This document shows, piece after piece, positions 1 to 10,538 of a stretch of 49,520 nt of DNA. The notes below the pieces were generated by a model that saw nothing but the letters and a program-made list of their open reading frames with translations, was not told where the DNA came from and did no database searches. How positions within the stretch are numbered: the stretch's first letter is position 1; the number at the start of each line of letters is the position of its first letter. This stretch comes from an uncultured Methanoregula sp. (GTDB taxonomy: Archaea; Halobacteriota; Methanomicrobia; Methanomicrobiales; Methanospirillaceae). The position numbers and the translations under genes are program-made. The stretch spans positions 1 through 49,520 of the forward strand of contig CAYWHL010000002.1 of the NCBI GenBank assembly GCA_964457995.1, given 5' to 3'.

Positions 1-183
1 ACCGACTCCTCCGGCAGTGGTCATGCCAATACGATCTGCAACCTGGTATACTTTTTTTGCTTTCTTGCTTGCGATCATGTAGCCCATGGTCGCCCTTTTC
101 TCGGTAGCGAGAATTACACCGCTGGAAAAAACGAGACCAATAGTGGTCGTTCCCTTCATGGACTCCTGGTACTGTTCAGGCAT
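1..183 (-). CDS. psmB: Proteasome subunit beta, 5' part (runs off the window edge)
   Basis: Manual translation from ATG at 183: [61 protein letters not shown]; short propeptide followed by the G|TTT N-terminal nucleophile motif. Not in the ORF track. Confidence 0.95.
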   Translation of the reverse strand, partial: MPEQYQESMKGTTTIGLVFSSGVILATEKRATMGYMIASKKAKKVYQVADRIGMTTAGGVG

Positions 184-269
184 ATTGACACCTCAAAAAC
201 AAATAAACGCTAAAATACCTTTTAAAAGCGCTTTATGGTATTAAATGATATGGAGAAACTTAAAGGTTT

Positions 270-1100
270 TTATTCTGCCGGATCCCTGCAGAGAGCTCTG
301 ATAAGTTCCCGGTCGTAGAGCATAGCAACGAGACGCTTATCCCCGTTCACCACAGGAATCTGGTCTACGCGTGCACGGCGCATCTTGAGTGCACACTCAC
401 TCACTTCCGCGTTTACAGGAACAGCAACAACATTTTTTACCATGGAAAGTTTTACCGGGCGGTTCGGGAGCTGAACTTTTGATATTCCGAAACTGATTGT
501 ATGGGTGTCCCGGATGCTTTCCCAGGTCCATTCATCATCGTCAGTGCCATTGGAGAAATCGCTTACTCCGACACTATCTTCAATACTTGAGCTCCTGATG
601 AGATCCCGCTCAGAAATGATACCCTGAAGCCGGTTCTCGGCGTCAAGGATGGGGATTGCATCGACACCGGAGATTTCCATAACTCTGCCAACAACCGGGA
701 GCGGGGTCTCCTCCCAGAGTGCAAATGTCAGGCTCGTATACCTGTCCTTTATCTGATCGGTAATTTTAAGCCGGGCGATTGCATGCATGAGATCTGCGAT
801 TGAAAGGAGACCGACCAGCTGCCCCTCATCTACAACCGGGAGCCTGCGGATATGGTTGGTGACGAGAATACGTGCCGCTTCTCGTATATCTGCATCGGGT
901 TTGATTGTAATGGGTTTGGGCGTCATGAGAAGCCCGAGCTGGATCTCTTCAGGCTTTGTCAATAGATCCTTTCTTGTTATGATGCCGATGATCTTTTTAT
1001 TCTTGATTACAGGGACGCCGGAGATTCCGGTCCGCTTGAGAATTTTTAATACATCGTCACGGTTTCCCGGGAGTTCGACATGAACTACGTCAGCTGTCAT
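270..1100 (-). CDS. CBS domain-containing protein (two CBS pairs)
   Basis: Repeated CBS motifs (ISGVPVI..IIGIITRKDLL, IRRLPVVD..LVGLLSIADL, VDAIPILD..LQGIISERDL, VDQIPVV). The true start may be about 9 codons further upstream (see findings). Confidence 0.9.
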   Translation of the reverse strand: MTADVVHVELPGNRDDVLKILKRTGISGVPVIKNKKIIGIITRKDLLTKPEEIQLGLLMTPKPITIKPDADIREAARILVTNHIRRLPVVDEGQLVGLLSIADLMHAIARLKITDQIKDRYTSLTFALWEETPLPVVGRVMEISGVDAIPILDAENRLQGIISERDLIRSSSIEDSVGVSDFSNGTDDDEWTWESIRDTHTISFGISKVQLPNRPVKLSMVKNVVAVPVNAEVSECALKMRRARVDQIPVVNGDKRLVAMLYDRELIRALCRDPAE

Positions 1101-1123
1101 GTAGTCTTTGACAAGCAGGTCTG

Positions 1124-1558
1124 TTATGATCTCACCACCATCGTTGTAACTTTGCTGTGAGTAACCACAAATGTACTGACGCTGCCAATCAGAAGACGAT
1201 CAGTATTACTCTTGCCATAAGAGCCGACTATGATGAGATCAGATTTCTCCTGCTCTGCAAGAGCAACGACTTCGCTTCCAGCATGCCCCTGTTTCATGTG
1301 TGTAATGACCGTGACACCATTGTCGGAACCGTACTTCTTTGCCCTCTCCAGCACAGCTTTTCCCTCTTTTTCGAGAACACTGTACATAATCTCCACGGTA
1401 TTATCATAAGGAAGTGAGGAGAACAGGCCAGTCTCCACCACATATATGGCATGGAGCTTTGCATTCCATAATTTCGCTTCATCAACAGCCCGGAAAAGCG
1501 CGCGCTGGCTTGTCTCCGATCCATCTAGTGCGACAAGTAGGTTAGAAAACACTGGCAT
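1124..1558 (-). CDS. Universal stress protein (UspA family)
   Basis: FSNLLVALDGSETSQRA at the N-terminus and DLIIVGSYGKSNTDRLLIGSVSTFVV at the C-terminus; start taken at ATG 1558. Confidence 0.92.
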   Translation of the reverse strand: MPVFSNLLVALDGSETSQRALFRAVDEAKLWNAKLHAIYVVETGLFSSLPYDNTVEIMYSVLEKEGKAVLERAKKYGSDNGVTVITHMKQGHAGSEVVALAEQEKSDLIIVGSYGKSNTDRLLIGSVSTFVVTHSKVTTMVVRS

Positions 1559-1590
1559 CCCCCAAAACAAACATGCCATCTTTATTGAAT

Positions 1591-2631
1591 TTACAAATTA
1601 AAAATGTTATGGGCATTAAGGCAGCAAGAACTTCTTTTTATCATGGATGTCAGCGGATCGCGGCTGAACTGCAGAGCGGATTGTGCAGGATCCATCGTAA
1701 ACAGGTTCGCCCGCGCTCCTTTGCGGATAAAAAATGAAATCCCGGTCAGCTCAGAACCTTTGACAGCTGCATACACCAGAGATTCCGGATCCATTCTGTA
1801 TACCATTGAGGTAAAAGCCATTTCAGATAACAAATCCGGGGGTACAAACATCACATTATCAGTACCCAGAAGTATTGTGCATCCCAGATCCTGCATGAGC
1901 CGAATTGGAGGGTGGCGTGCTGATAAGCTGACTCCGAGCGTCCAGTTGGATCGGGGACAGACTGCAATCGGGATCTGTCTGTCCGCACATTCGCGGAGTT
2001 GTTTTTTTGTTGCATGGGTGCAGTGGATGAGAAGGTCCGGATCAAGAGCGAGTGCTTCGTCCACATCTGCCGCATCCCGTTCTCCGGCATGCACAGCAAT
2101 TTTTTTTCCTGCACGGCGTGCATTAGCAACCAGGGTATCAGTTTGTGGGATGTCGCGTGTGCTGCTGATTCCCAGTCCATCGGCCACTCTTTCCCCACCG
2201 TCTCGCCCGAAAATAACCGGTCGGAATGACAACCCCTCAGCAGCTTCCCTGATTGCGGATATTCCTGGAACACCTCCTTCACGGAAATCTGCACACCCGG
2301 CCGTGCCCCCGGCGATCATTCCCAGAATGCTCGCATGCATTCCCCTGACCAGATCCTGACATGAAGCGGCAGCGAGCAGTCGGTGTTTCAACCCGTCAGG
2401 AGGCATGACAAGGGACTCCAGATCTCCTAGTACACCGCCATCCATCGCAATAGTGTCGCCGAGATGCGTATGTGCGTTAAAAAATGCAGGACAGATCCAT
2501 ACGGGGGGTGCCTTGGAGTTTTCTTCTATCGCAGTGATGATACCGCTCTCGATAACTATATCGACATGGCGGGATTCAAGCTCCTCACCAATGAACGCTT
2601 GTCCGGAGATCATGTGCGATGTGTTTTTCAT
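1591..2631 (-). CDS. Amidohydrolase-family (metal-dependent deaminase-like) protein
   Basis: FFNAHTHLGD (HxH), VHAGE, IHCTH and LGTDN metal-ligand motifs; ATG 2631 is preceded by a GGAG RBS. Confidence 0.88.
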   Translation of the reverse strand: MKNTSHMISGQAFIGEELESRHVDIVIESGIITAIEENSKAPPVWICPAFFNAHTHLGDTIAMDGGVLGDLESLVMPPDGLKHRLLAAASCQDLVRGMHASILGMIAGGTAGCADFREGGVPGISAIREAAEGLSFRPVIFGRDGGERVADGLGISSTRDIPQTDTLVANARRAGKKIAVHAGERDAADVDEALALDPDLLIHCTHATKKQLRECADRQIPIAVCPRSNWTLGVSLSARHPPIRLMQDLGCTILLGTDNVMFVPPDLLSEMAFTSMVYRMDPESLVYAAVKGSELTGISFFIRKGARANLFTMDPAQSALQFSRDPLTSMIKRSSCCLNAHNIFNL

Positions 2632-2676
2632 ACGCCGTAACTCTCCTTTATATATTGAAAAACGAAATATATTTGC

Positions 2677-2841
2677 ATGGCAAAGAAACAAGGTGGCAGA
2701 TTACTCTCATCAGCTGGTCTCGTCAACTATTACGAGAGCGAGGACCGGCGGGCGGTTCACATCAGTCCCATCACGGTAATGGCGGTTGCATCAGCGATTG
2801 GTATCATTATATTAATCCTGAATATGATCTATTTGGGTTGA
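2677..2841 (+). CDS. secG: Preprotein translocase subunit Sec61beta (archaeal SecG), 54 aa
   Basis: Manual translation MAKKQGGRLLSSAGLVNYYESEDRRAVHISPITVMAVASAIGIIILILNMIYLG; SAGL.xYY..E motif plus one C-terminal TM helix. TATA (tttatata) about 25 nt upstream, T-run downstream. Below the ORF-track cutoff. Confidence 0.92.
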   Translation: MAKKQGGRLLSSAGLVNYYESEDRRAVHISPITVMAVASAIGIIILILNMIYLG

Positions 2842-2879
2842 ATGCGTAATTTTCGTTTTTTTTCATAAAATCTGATTTT

Positions 2880-3641
2880 TCACAGAACCTGTTGGCTCCA
2901 TTCTTTTTTCAGCACGCGTTTTGTGATATCTTCATTGGGCCGGAAATAGAGATCGTCATGACCTGTCCACTTCGGGCAGTTGCGGAAGATGACGGCAGGG
3001 ACGCCGTTGTTGCTCTCGCCCATGACATAGTTTGCAAACCCGGCAATCTCATCTACCACCGCTTCTTCTGTTATCTTGAGTACATGCCCGAACAGATCGG
3101 TATCGCCACGGAAGTCCCGTATCGCATGAAACCCGCTCCATCCGATTGCGTTTCCGGTCTGCCCGCGCCGGAATGATCTGCCGCAGGTATCAGTTATGAT
3201 GACCCCCACATCTTTATTGGAAAAAACCTTGATTTCTTCGCGTATTTCCCATGCAGCCTTCATGGGATCCGGTGGCAGGAAGATCACCATCCCGTCCTCG
3301 ATATTGCTCTGGTCGACACCCGCACGGACACCAATATGACCGCATGCAAGTTCGGAAAGGATGAACGGGTGTTCCATGATAATATCAGCAGATGCGTCAA
3401 GAACAGCCTGAACAAAACGGGGGTCTTCACCATTCATTTTTGCCAGCCGCTGTGCCCGGTCTGAAGGTGTGATAGATGTGAGCGTTTTTATGTAACCTTT
3501 TGCCTTTGAGTAAATAGTTGAGGCTATGCAGAGAATATCGCCATCCTGCACTGCTATCCTGTCACAAATCATTGCTGCAATGTTGTCACCCGCATGAATG
3601 AGGGGAAGGGCCCGAACACCCATGACCTGAATCTGCTCCAT
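2880..3641 (-). CDS. cofE: Coenzyme F420-0:L-glutamate ligase
   Basis: LPLIHAGDNIA, DGDILCIASTIYSKAKG, AGVDQSN, VIITDTCGRSFRRGQ, DEIAGFANYVMGE; start MEQIQV at 3641. Confidence 0.92.
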   Translation of the reverse strand: MEQIQVMGVRALPLIHAGDNIAAMICDRIAVQDGDILCIASTIYSKAKGYIKTLTSITPSDRAQRLAKMNGEDPRFVQAVLDASADIIMEHPFILSELACGHIGVRAGVDQSNIEDGMVIFLPPDPMKAAWEIREEIKVFSNKDVGVIITDTCGRSFRRGQTGNAIGWSGFHAIRDFRGDTDLFGHVLKITEEAVVDEIAGFANYVMGESNNGVPAVIFRNCPKWTGHDDLYFRPNEDITKRVLKKEWSQQVL

Positions 3642-4017
3642 AGTAACAGCTCTATGAGATGATCTGATGATAAAGGAGTTTCGTTTCGGAACCCTTAAAA
3701 AAAAATTATGATCCCGGCTCTTTTTTTTAAAAAAAAATTGCACGTAATACATTGAGACCGGTAAAAGCGTTCAATAAAAAAAGGGAATCCCAATGGTGTG
3801 TTTCGTCGTCATTTGAATGTGTGAAACTTTCAGACAGGAAATATGGCACAATAATGTGGATGGAGAGTAAAGCGGGACATGTACGATTCCCTCGTTCTTC
3901 CACAGGGCCAATGGAAAATCTTTGCCCCCAAAAAAGAACTCCATTACCAAAATTCCTTTCGGAATTAATAATCGGCCGATATATTTTTATCGGGATAACA
4001 CGCATCACCTCCTTGTC

Positions 4018-4302
4018 ATGTACCTCATCATCCGGTGCCCGTCCTGCAGGACATTCACTTACGTTGACCGGTTCCAGAAATGGAAGCTCTGCCCAATCTG
4101 CGGGCATGCCCATGAGGTGGTCAAGGCACCGGCGTACCTGGAGGTTGAGGATTTCATAGAGGCAGAACACATCGTAAAACAGATGGAAAAACACCTCCAT
4201 ACGACCAAAAAACCAGATTTCTCACCGGAAGAAACTGCTGAACTGCGCCATCATTATACCGAGGCACTGCGAAAAAAGGCCAAAGGCCGTTATGTACACT
4301 AA
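4018..4302 (+). CDS. Zn-ribbon protein (DUF1922-like)
   Basis: MYLIIRCPSC...LCPICG, two CxxC pairs, small archaeal protein; start at ATG 4018. Confidence 0.75.
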   Translation: MYLIIRCPSCRTFTYVDRFQKWKLCPICGHAHEVVKAPAYLEVEDFIEAEHIVKQMEKHLHTTKKPDFSPEETAELRHHYTEALRKKAKGRYVH

Positions 4303-4373
4303 TGCAATAATCTTTTTTTGACTTTCCGGCTCCGCAGGGAAAAATTATTCCGTACTCGTAAACTGTTGTGGCA

Positions 4374-5750
4374 TTACGAATTATGGATCGTCCCCCGCAC
4401 GTACGATGATCCGACACCAACGATACAGAGGCACGTAAAGATAAGGAATGCTACCGTTGTGCTGGTAAGAAGGGCTGGATAGACTGGAGGAGTGATGGCA
4501 ATGTTGCCGATGAATACCGAGAAACAAAACATGGCGATCGCCATGGATAGTACCTGCCCGAGTGATCTCATTGTCGACACCATGCTGGACGCGATGCCAA
4601 GATGCCGTATATCAACCGAACTCATGATTGCATTGGTATTCGGCGATGAGAAGAGGGCATAGCCAAAGCCGAGCACCATCAGACTGAAAATGATCACATA
4701 GAGGGAAGTTTCAGGGGTAAGGAAAACGAACGATGAGAGACCGAGCGTGGTAATGGCCATACCAAGAGTCGCAACTATCCGGGGTTCAATCCTGTCTGAA
4801 AGCTTTCCTGCAACGGGTGAGAAAATTGTCTGGATAACTGGCTGGGCAATCAGTATGAGCCCTGCTGTTTCTGCTGAAAAACCCCGGATGTACTGGAAGT
4901 AGAGCGAGAGGAGGACTGCGACTGCGAAGGTTGAACCGTAATTGATCATTGCTGCAATGTTGGAAAACAGGAAGGTGCGGTTCTGTGAAAAGATGGCTAA
5001 ATCAAGGAGCGGGCTTGTGCAGTGTTTTTCCCGCCAGATGAAGATAGCCAGGGCACATCCTGCAACAATGATCCATACTCCCGCTGCGGGATCGGGAATC
5101 AGGAGCATGCCGAAAATACCGCAGAACAACATGATTCCGTACACAACCGACCCGTACAGGTCAAAACGGTCACCAGAAGAATCAGCCCATTCATGAGTAA
5201 CACTGTGCAGGGTCAGGGCTATCGTGGCAAGCCCGAGCGGTACGTTGACCAGAAAGATTGCCGGCCATCCGAAATGATCGGTGAGAATACCGCCGAGAAA
5301 GGGGCCGATGGAAAGGCCGGCATACACGGTCGCGATAGTGATCCCCAGCGCCCAGCCGCGTTCGCCAGGCCCATAGACCTGCGTCACAATGGCAACTGAC
5401 GTGGCAAAGAGCATAGCTCCCCCGATTCCCTGCACGAACCGTGCGATAATCAGAATACCTGCAGCGGGAGCGAGAGCGGATGCAAGGGATGCAGCAGTAA
5501 AAATCAGGACACCCAGCACAAAGATCTTTTTACGCCCGATAATATCAGCAAGCCGCCCAAACGGCACGATGAAAACTGCTGCCGAAATGATATATGCAGA
5601 TGTAATCCATCCCAGTGTTACCGCATCGGCATTGAACTGCGCTGCCATGGCCGGCAGGGCAATGGTGATGGACGATCCTGTATACGGGACGAGGAATGAA
5701 GCAAGGGCTGCGACAAGGAGGATCACCTTCTTTTCGCGTTCATCGACCAT
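4374..5750 (-). CDS. MFS transporter (DHA2/14-TM type)
   Basis: GRLADIIGRKKIF motif A, ARFVQGIGGA, GPFLGGIL, WPAIFLVNVPLG; many TM segments; start MVDERE at 5750. Confidence 0.92.
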   Translation of the reverse strand: MVDEREKKVILLVAALASFLVPYTGSSITIALPAMAAQFNADAVTLGWITSAYIISAAVFIVPFGRLADIIGRKKIFVLGVLIFTAASLASALAPAAGILIIARFVQGIGGAMLFATSVAIVTQVYGPGERGWALGITIATVYAGLSIGPFLGGILTDHFGWPAIFLVNVPLGLATIALTLHSVTHEWADSSGDRFDLYGSVVYGIMLFCGIFGMLLIPDPAAGVWIIVAGCALAIFIWREKHCTSPLLDLAIFSQNRTFLFSNIAAMINYGSTFAVAVLLSLYFQYIRGFSAETAGLILIAQPVIQTIFSPVAGKLSDRIEPRIVATLGMAITTLGLSSFVFLTPETSLYVIIFSLMVLGFGYALFSSPNTNAIMSSVDIRHLGIASSMVSTMRSLGQVLSMAIAMFCFSVFIGNIAITPPVYPALLTSTTVAFLIFTCLCIVGVGSSYVRGTIHNS

Positions 5751-5881
5751 GAATAATCCGACGTTGGCGCTGGTACAGGTTAAGGGTATTGCATCTGAAA
5801 AAAGAGTTAATGGGCAGATCTGAAGTGCAATGACGAAATATCTAAACAAATGTATCCCCATGTATCCTCATAAGAGATCCC

Positions 5882-7117
5882 ATGGAGCAGTACGATGTCG
5901 TGGTGATTGGTGCAGGCCCGGCCGGCTTGTTCTGTGCGTTACAGGCTGCCCTGCCCGGGCATTGTATTCTCCTGCTGGAGAAAAATAAAAGCCCTGGTAC
6001 AAAGCTCCTCCTCTCCGGATCCGGGCAATGCAATATTACCCATGGCGGTGAGATTCGCGATTTCCTTTCTCATTATGGGGATCACGGAAAACAGGTAAGA
6101 CCGGCATTGTTTGGTTTTTCCAACCAGGATCTCATCGGCTTTTTCAGCGAACGCGGGCTATCCATGATAACGGAATACAATGGTAAGGTATTCCCACAAA
6201 CGCGGCGTTCAGCCGATGTTCTTGCCATACTTGTCCATGAGTGCAGGGAGCGGGGAGTAGTCCTGCGGTGCGATGAGCCGGTGACCGGAGTCACCCGCTC
6301 ACCACAAGGATTTGAAATTGACACTCCGGTCGCAACCTACCGCACCATGGTGCTGGTCATCACTACTGGCGGCGTTTCGTACCCTCATACCGGATCCACC
6401 GGAGACGGGTACCGGTTTTCTGAATCGCTGGGGCAGCCGGTGACAAAAACAGCACCTGCACTCACTCCTCTGCGGATCCGGAATTATCCTTTTGCAGAGC
6501 TCTCCGGTATCTCGTTTGAGTGCATGCACTTTACGGTCTGGCGGGCTGGAAAAAAGATTGCTGATACTACCGGGGATGTGCTGTTTACGCACCTTGGATT
6601 ATCCGGCCCGGGCATCCTTGATGCTTCGCGGAATATTCAGGCAGATGATGAGATCAGGCTCTCTTTTGTCGGACACCTGAAACAAGAAGAATTCGCAGCC
6701 GATCTCATAAAACGTGCCGGAAAAAACAGGACCTGGCAGCTGAGAACGCTCCTTGCTGAGTACCCGATCCCGGAACGATTGAACAGGATACTGCTTGCAT
6801 TGTCCGGAATCCCTCCCGATCTCACATGTGCCCATTTCTCCGCAGCTCAACGATCAAAACTGATTATGAACTGGACACAGTTCCCATTGACTGTATCGGA
6901 ACCCGGCGATTATTCTATCGCGATGGTGACAAGGGGAGGAGTTGCGCTGGATGGTGTGAATCTGAAAACAATGGAATCAAGGATCATACCCAATCTGTTT
7001 TTTGCCGGTGAAGTGCTGGACATCGACGGTGATACCGGGGGATACAATTTGCAGGCAGCATTTTCGACCGGGTTTTTGGCGGCACGGAGCATCCGGAAAC
7101 GATGGGAGATCTCATAA
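5882..7117 (+). CDS. HI0933/BaiN-like NAD(P)/FAD-dependent oxidoreductase
   Basis: VVIGAGPAG, KLLLSGSGQCNITH, GGVSYPHTGSTGDGY, LFTHLGLSGP, GEVLDIDGDTGGYNLQAAFSTG. Confidence 0.93.
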   Translation: MEQYDVVVIGAGPAGLFCALQAALPGHCILLLEKNKSPGTKLLLSGSGQCNITHGGEIRDFLSHYGDHGKQVRPALFGFSNQDLIGFFSERGLSMITEYNGKVFPQTRRSADVLAILVHECRERGVVLRCDEPVTGVTRSPQGFEIDTPVATYRTMVLVITTGGVSYPHTGSTGDGYRFSESLGQPVTKTAPALTPLRIRNYPFAELSGISFECMHFTVWRAGKKIADTTGDVLFTHLGLSGPGILDASRNIQADDEIRLSFVGHLKQEEFAADLIKRAGKNRTWQLRTLLAEYPIPERLNRILLALSGIPPDLTCAHFSAAQRSKLIMNWTQFPLTVSEPGDYSIAMVTRGGVALDGVNLKTMESRIIPNLFFAGEVLDIDGDTGGYNLQAAFSTGFLAARSIRKRWEIS

Positions 7118-7224
7118 TCCGTGACAGGAATTCATAAAAAAAGCAATAAAAACGTATCTGGTATCTGTATATCGTAACGCGATTTACCAAAAAAAATCAT
7201 ACGATCGTGATTGCCCTGTTATCT

Positions 7225-7662
7225 TCACTCAATATTACCCGGCCCAACCGTAATGCCTGCCTTTTTAATAAGATAATATCCCCCCGCAAGACCGACAACA
7301 ATTACACCGATTCCTATCAACTCAAAACCAAAATCAATCCCGGACATGCCGGTAGGATCGAGAAGAATAACCTTCCTCGCGATCGCAATGATAGCGAGAA
7401 GAAGAACGATCTCCACGTGGATCGAATTTTCACTGAAATACGCCTTGATGGTATCTAACAGCTCGATGCCGATGAGCACCAGCAGGAAAGCCCCAAGTAC
7501 AGCGGTAAGTTCGTGGGATTCAAGTAATAAGAGTGGATCGTTGCTCAGTGATTTGAAAATGTACCAGACAAGTTCAAGAAGCGCTGCTGCAAGCACGAGA
7601 ATGAGCAGGGCCATAAGCGCCCCGTAGACAATTTTTTCAAATTTATTGACAATTTCAATCAT
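7225..7662 (-). CDS. PsiE-family (phosphate-starvation-inducible E-like) 4-TM membrane protein
   Basis: FLLVLIGIELLDTIKAY and IAIIAIARKVILLD signatures; ATGA overlap with the cobA stop. Confidence 0.8.
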   Translation of the reverse strand: MIEIVNKFEKIVYGALMALLILVLAAALLELVWYIFKSLSNDPLLLLESHELTAVLGAFLLVLIGIELLDTIKAYFSENSIHVEIVLLLAIIAIARKVILLDPTGMSGIDFGFELIGIGVIVVGLAGGYYLIKKAGITVGPGNIE

Positions 7663-8426
7663 ATCCGTCCTCCTTCAGCAGGTACAAGGTCCGGATTATC
7701 CGGGTTATATAATTTAACTACATCACCAATCACGATTACCGCCGGGGGTTTAATACCCTTTTTTCTGGCAGCGTCAGCAATGGTTGCAAGCGATCCCGTG
7801 GTTACCCGCCGGTCTTTACGCAGGCCCCGCTCAATAACCGCAACCATCGTACTGGCTGCCTTGCCGTTCCTGATAAGTACATCTGCAATCTTACCAAGGT
7901 TTGCCACACCCATCAGGATCACGATTGTGCCCCGACTCTTTGCGAGCAGTTGCCAGTCAAGTGCCGGTTCTGCTTTGGTCGGGTCTTCATTGCCGGTGAG
8001 TATGGATACCTGCGATGCATATTTCCGGTGTGTGAGGGGTATTCCGACTGATGCCGGTACGGCAAGTGCACTGCTCACACCTGGCACCATCTCAATCGGT
8101 ATTCCGGCGCTGCGGACCGCTTCGAGTTCTTCCCCGCCCCGTCCGAACAGGAAAGGATCGCCACCTTTAAGCCGGACAACATTCATTCCCTTCTTTGCCC
8201 GGTCAATGATCAGGTCTTCAATCTCGTCCTGCTCTAATGTGTGTTTCCCGCCATACTTCCCGCAGTCAATCTTTTCGGCATTGGCGGGTAATGATGCAAG
8301 AATTTCTTCTCCGGGCAGCTGGTCAAACAACACGACATCAGCGGCATCGATCACAACTCTTGCCCGCTGTGTAAGTAGTCCTTCTCCGCCCGGGCCGGAT
8401 CCGACAAGGTATACTTTACCGTTCAT
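7659..8426 (-). CDS. cobA: Uroporphyrinogen-III C-methyltransferase (SUMT)
   Basis: [43 protein letters not shown]. Confidence 0.96.
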   Translation of the reverse strand: MNGKVYLVGSGPGGEGLLTQRARVVIDAADVVLFDQLPGEEILASLPANAEKIDCGKYGGKHTLEQDEIEDLIIDRAKKGMNVVRLKGGDPFLFGRGGEELEAVRSAGIPIEMVPGVSSALAVPASVGIPLTHRKYASQVSILTGNEDPTKAEPALDWQLLAKSRGTIVILMGVANLGKIADVLIRNGKAASTMVAVIERGLRKDRRVTTGSLATIADAARKKGIKPPAVIVIGDVVKLYNPDNPDLVPAEGGRI

Positions 8427-9306
8427 ATTTTATACCCAGTTTCCGGTATGCATCAGCAATCAGGTCCCGTGCCTGAATATGAAGTTGTTTTCCCTGTTTT
8501 CGTGCCTGCTCAATAGTCTGTACGTCCGTTTCGATCCGCTCTGTGCGTTTACCGTCCAGCGAAATTACTTCTGCGATCAGGTGCCCGGCGCAGCAGTAGA
8601 TGCCCAGGGGGGTGTAGCATCCGCCTCCAAGTTGTTCCATTACAGCCCGCTCGACAGCCACATCAGTATGGGTCTGTGTATGGTCGAGCGCGGAGAGTTC
8701 CTCCATGAGGGAAGGATCTGCCCGGCTGACAACAGCAATTGTTCCCTGGTTGGGTGCCGGGACAAATTTTTCCAGGGGAAGGCGATCTCCATGAATACGT
8801 ATTCCAAGACGTACAAGTCCTGCTTCTGCTACTATGATGGCGTTGAATTCACCGGCGGCCATTTTCCGGATCCGTGTATCGACATTGCCCCGGAGATCCT
8901 TTATGGTAATTCCAGGATCATGACGGAGAATCTGGGCCCGCCGGCGTGTACTTGATGTTCCGATTACCCTGACTGCGTCCAGGGAGCCCTGATAGGCAAG
9001 GTAATCGGCAGCTGAATCGCGTTTGAGTACAGCGGTGGTAACGAGCCCGCTCGGGCGGTATGCCGGGATATCTTTCATACTGTGCACAGCGCAATCAATA
9101 GTTCCGGCCAGGATAGCGTCGTCAAGTGCACGGACAAAAACCCCCTGTCCACCGATCTCGTGAAGGGGCACTCCAGTCTTTGAGTCTCCATGAGTAGTAA
9201 TGATTACCTGCTCGGCATCGATGTTACGTGCGGAGAGCATTTTGCAGACTGCAGATGTTTGTGCGAGCGCCAGCTTGCTCCCGCGTGTTCCTATTCTGAC
9301 AGACAT
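8416..9306 (-). CDS. hemC: Hydroxymethylbilane synthase (porphobilinogen deaminase)
   Basis: [45 protein letters not shown]. Confidence 0.96.
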   Translation of the reverse strand: MSVRIGTRGSKLALAQTSAVCKMLSARNIDAEQVIITTHGDSKTGVPLHEIGGQGVFVRALDDAILAGTIDCAVHSMKDIPAYRPSGLVTTAVLKRDSAADYLAYQGSLDAVRVIGTSSTRRRAQILRHDPGITIKDLRGNVDTRIRKMAAGEFNAIIVAEAGLVRLGIRIHGDRLPLEKFVPAPNQGTIAVVSRADPSLMEELSALDHTQTHTDVAVERAVMEQLGGGCYTPLGIYCCAGHLIAEVISLDGKRTERIETDVQTIEQARKQGKQLHIQARDLIADAYRKLGIKYER

Positions 9307-10538
9307 TGTTTATACACCTGGGCAAGTGTGGTGAGATCCTGATTGCTGTGCGCTGAGGAAAGGAAATTTGTCTCAAACTGCGATGGTGGAAGGAAGATGC
9401 CGGTATCCAGCATCCGTTTCCAGAACCTGCTGAACGACACGGTGTCACATTCCCTGACCTCACGGTAATTTTTCGGGGGTTCATTACGGAAGAACCATTT
9501 GAACATCGACCCGAGCCTGATAAATGATCCGGTGCGTACACTGTCCAGCGACTCTTCAAGAATGCGCGTCTTTTCATTGAGATCGTGGTAGAGTGTCTGA
9601 TGATCGTGCAGCCATTTCAACGTCGCTATACCTGCTGTGAGTGAGAGGGGATTCCCAGAGAATGTGCCTGCCTGGTATACCGGACCCTGGGGTGCAACCA
9701 GCTCCATGATCTCACGCCGACCGCCAAATGCACCAACAGGAAGTCCTCCCCCGATAATTTTTCCCAACGTTGTGAGATCCGGCTGGATATCATACATTTC
9801 CTGTGCTCCGCCAATACCGAGCCTGTAACCAGTAATAACCTCATCAAAAATCAGGAGCACATCATGTGCACGGGTGATTTCCCTGATATCACGCAGGTAG
9901 TTGTCATCAGGCAGGATAGGTCCGAGATTACCAAGCACCGGCTCGATAATGAGCGCGGCAATATCGGTATTTACTGTCAAAAGAGATTCCAGAGCTTCGG
10001 GATCATTGTACGACACCTGCCGTGTATGGGCTACGAGATCAGCAAGCACGCCGGCAGAATCCGGAACACCCAGCGTTGTGGCGCCCGAACCGGCTTTGAC
10101 CAGCACCGCATCATGGGCACCATGAAATCCCCCCTCGATCTTAACGATATCTTTTTTTCCCGTAAAGCCTCGTGCGAGACGGATCGCGGCCATTGTCGCC
10201 TCAGAGCCACTTGATACGAACCGCACCATGTCCATACCCTTATGATCACCCGTGATCATTTTTGCAAACGTAGGTTCAAGCGGTGAAGGAGTGCCATACA
10301 GCCAGCCGCTCTCCAGCTGTAATTCGATCGCTTTTCTGATATGGGGATGCACGTGCCCGAGGATAAGCGGGCCGTATGCCATACAGCAGTCAATATATAC
10401 GGAACCATCAACGGTCGTAAGATGCGAACCGCTTGCGTGTGCGGTGTAAAATGGGTAAGGTTTGATAGCCCGCACCGGACTACTGACGCCTCCGGGCATC
10501 AGGGTTTTTGCGGTCGCGAACAAGTCACTGCTTTTCAT
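9291..10538 (-). CDS. hemL: Glutamate-1-semialdehyde 2,1-aminomutase
   Basis: [58 protein letters not shown]; start MKSSDLF at 10538. Confidence 0.96.
   Translation of the reverse strand: MKSSDLFATAKTLMPGGVSSPVRAIKPYPFYTAHASGSHLTTVDGSVYIDCCMAYGPLILGHVHPHIRKAIELQLESGWLYGTPSPLEPTFAKMITGDHKGMDMVRFVSSGSEATMAAIRLARGFTGKKDIVKIEGGFHGAHDAVLVKAGSGATTLGVPDSAGVLADLVAHTRQVSYNDPEALESLLTVNTDIAALIIEPVLGNLGPILPDDNYLRDIREITRAHDVLLIFDEVITGYRLGIGGAQEMYDIQPDLTTLGKIIGGGLPVGAFGGRREIMELVAPQGPVYQAGTFSGNPLSLTAGIATLKWLHDHQTLYHDLNEKTRILEESLDSVRTGSFIRLGSMFKWFFRNEPPKNYREVRECDTVSFSRFWKRMLDTGIFLPPSQFETNFLSSAHSNQDLTTLAQVYKQCLSE

Noticed and set aside
3727-4200. Overlapping ORFs 3727-4200 (-) and 3752-4159 (+)
   Set aside because: No motifs; they overlap the Zn-ribbon gene and AT-rich intergenic DNA.
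7780-8955. 391-aa plus-strand ORF
   Set aside because: Antisense shadow of cobA/hemC with Ser-rich, motif-free composition; the same applies to the many other antisense ORFs over strong genes (e.g. 1604-2359, 13724-14344).
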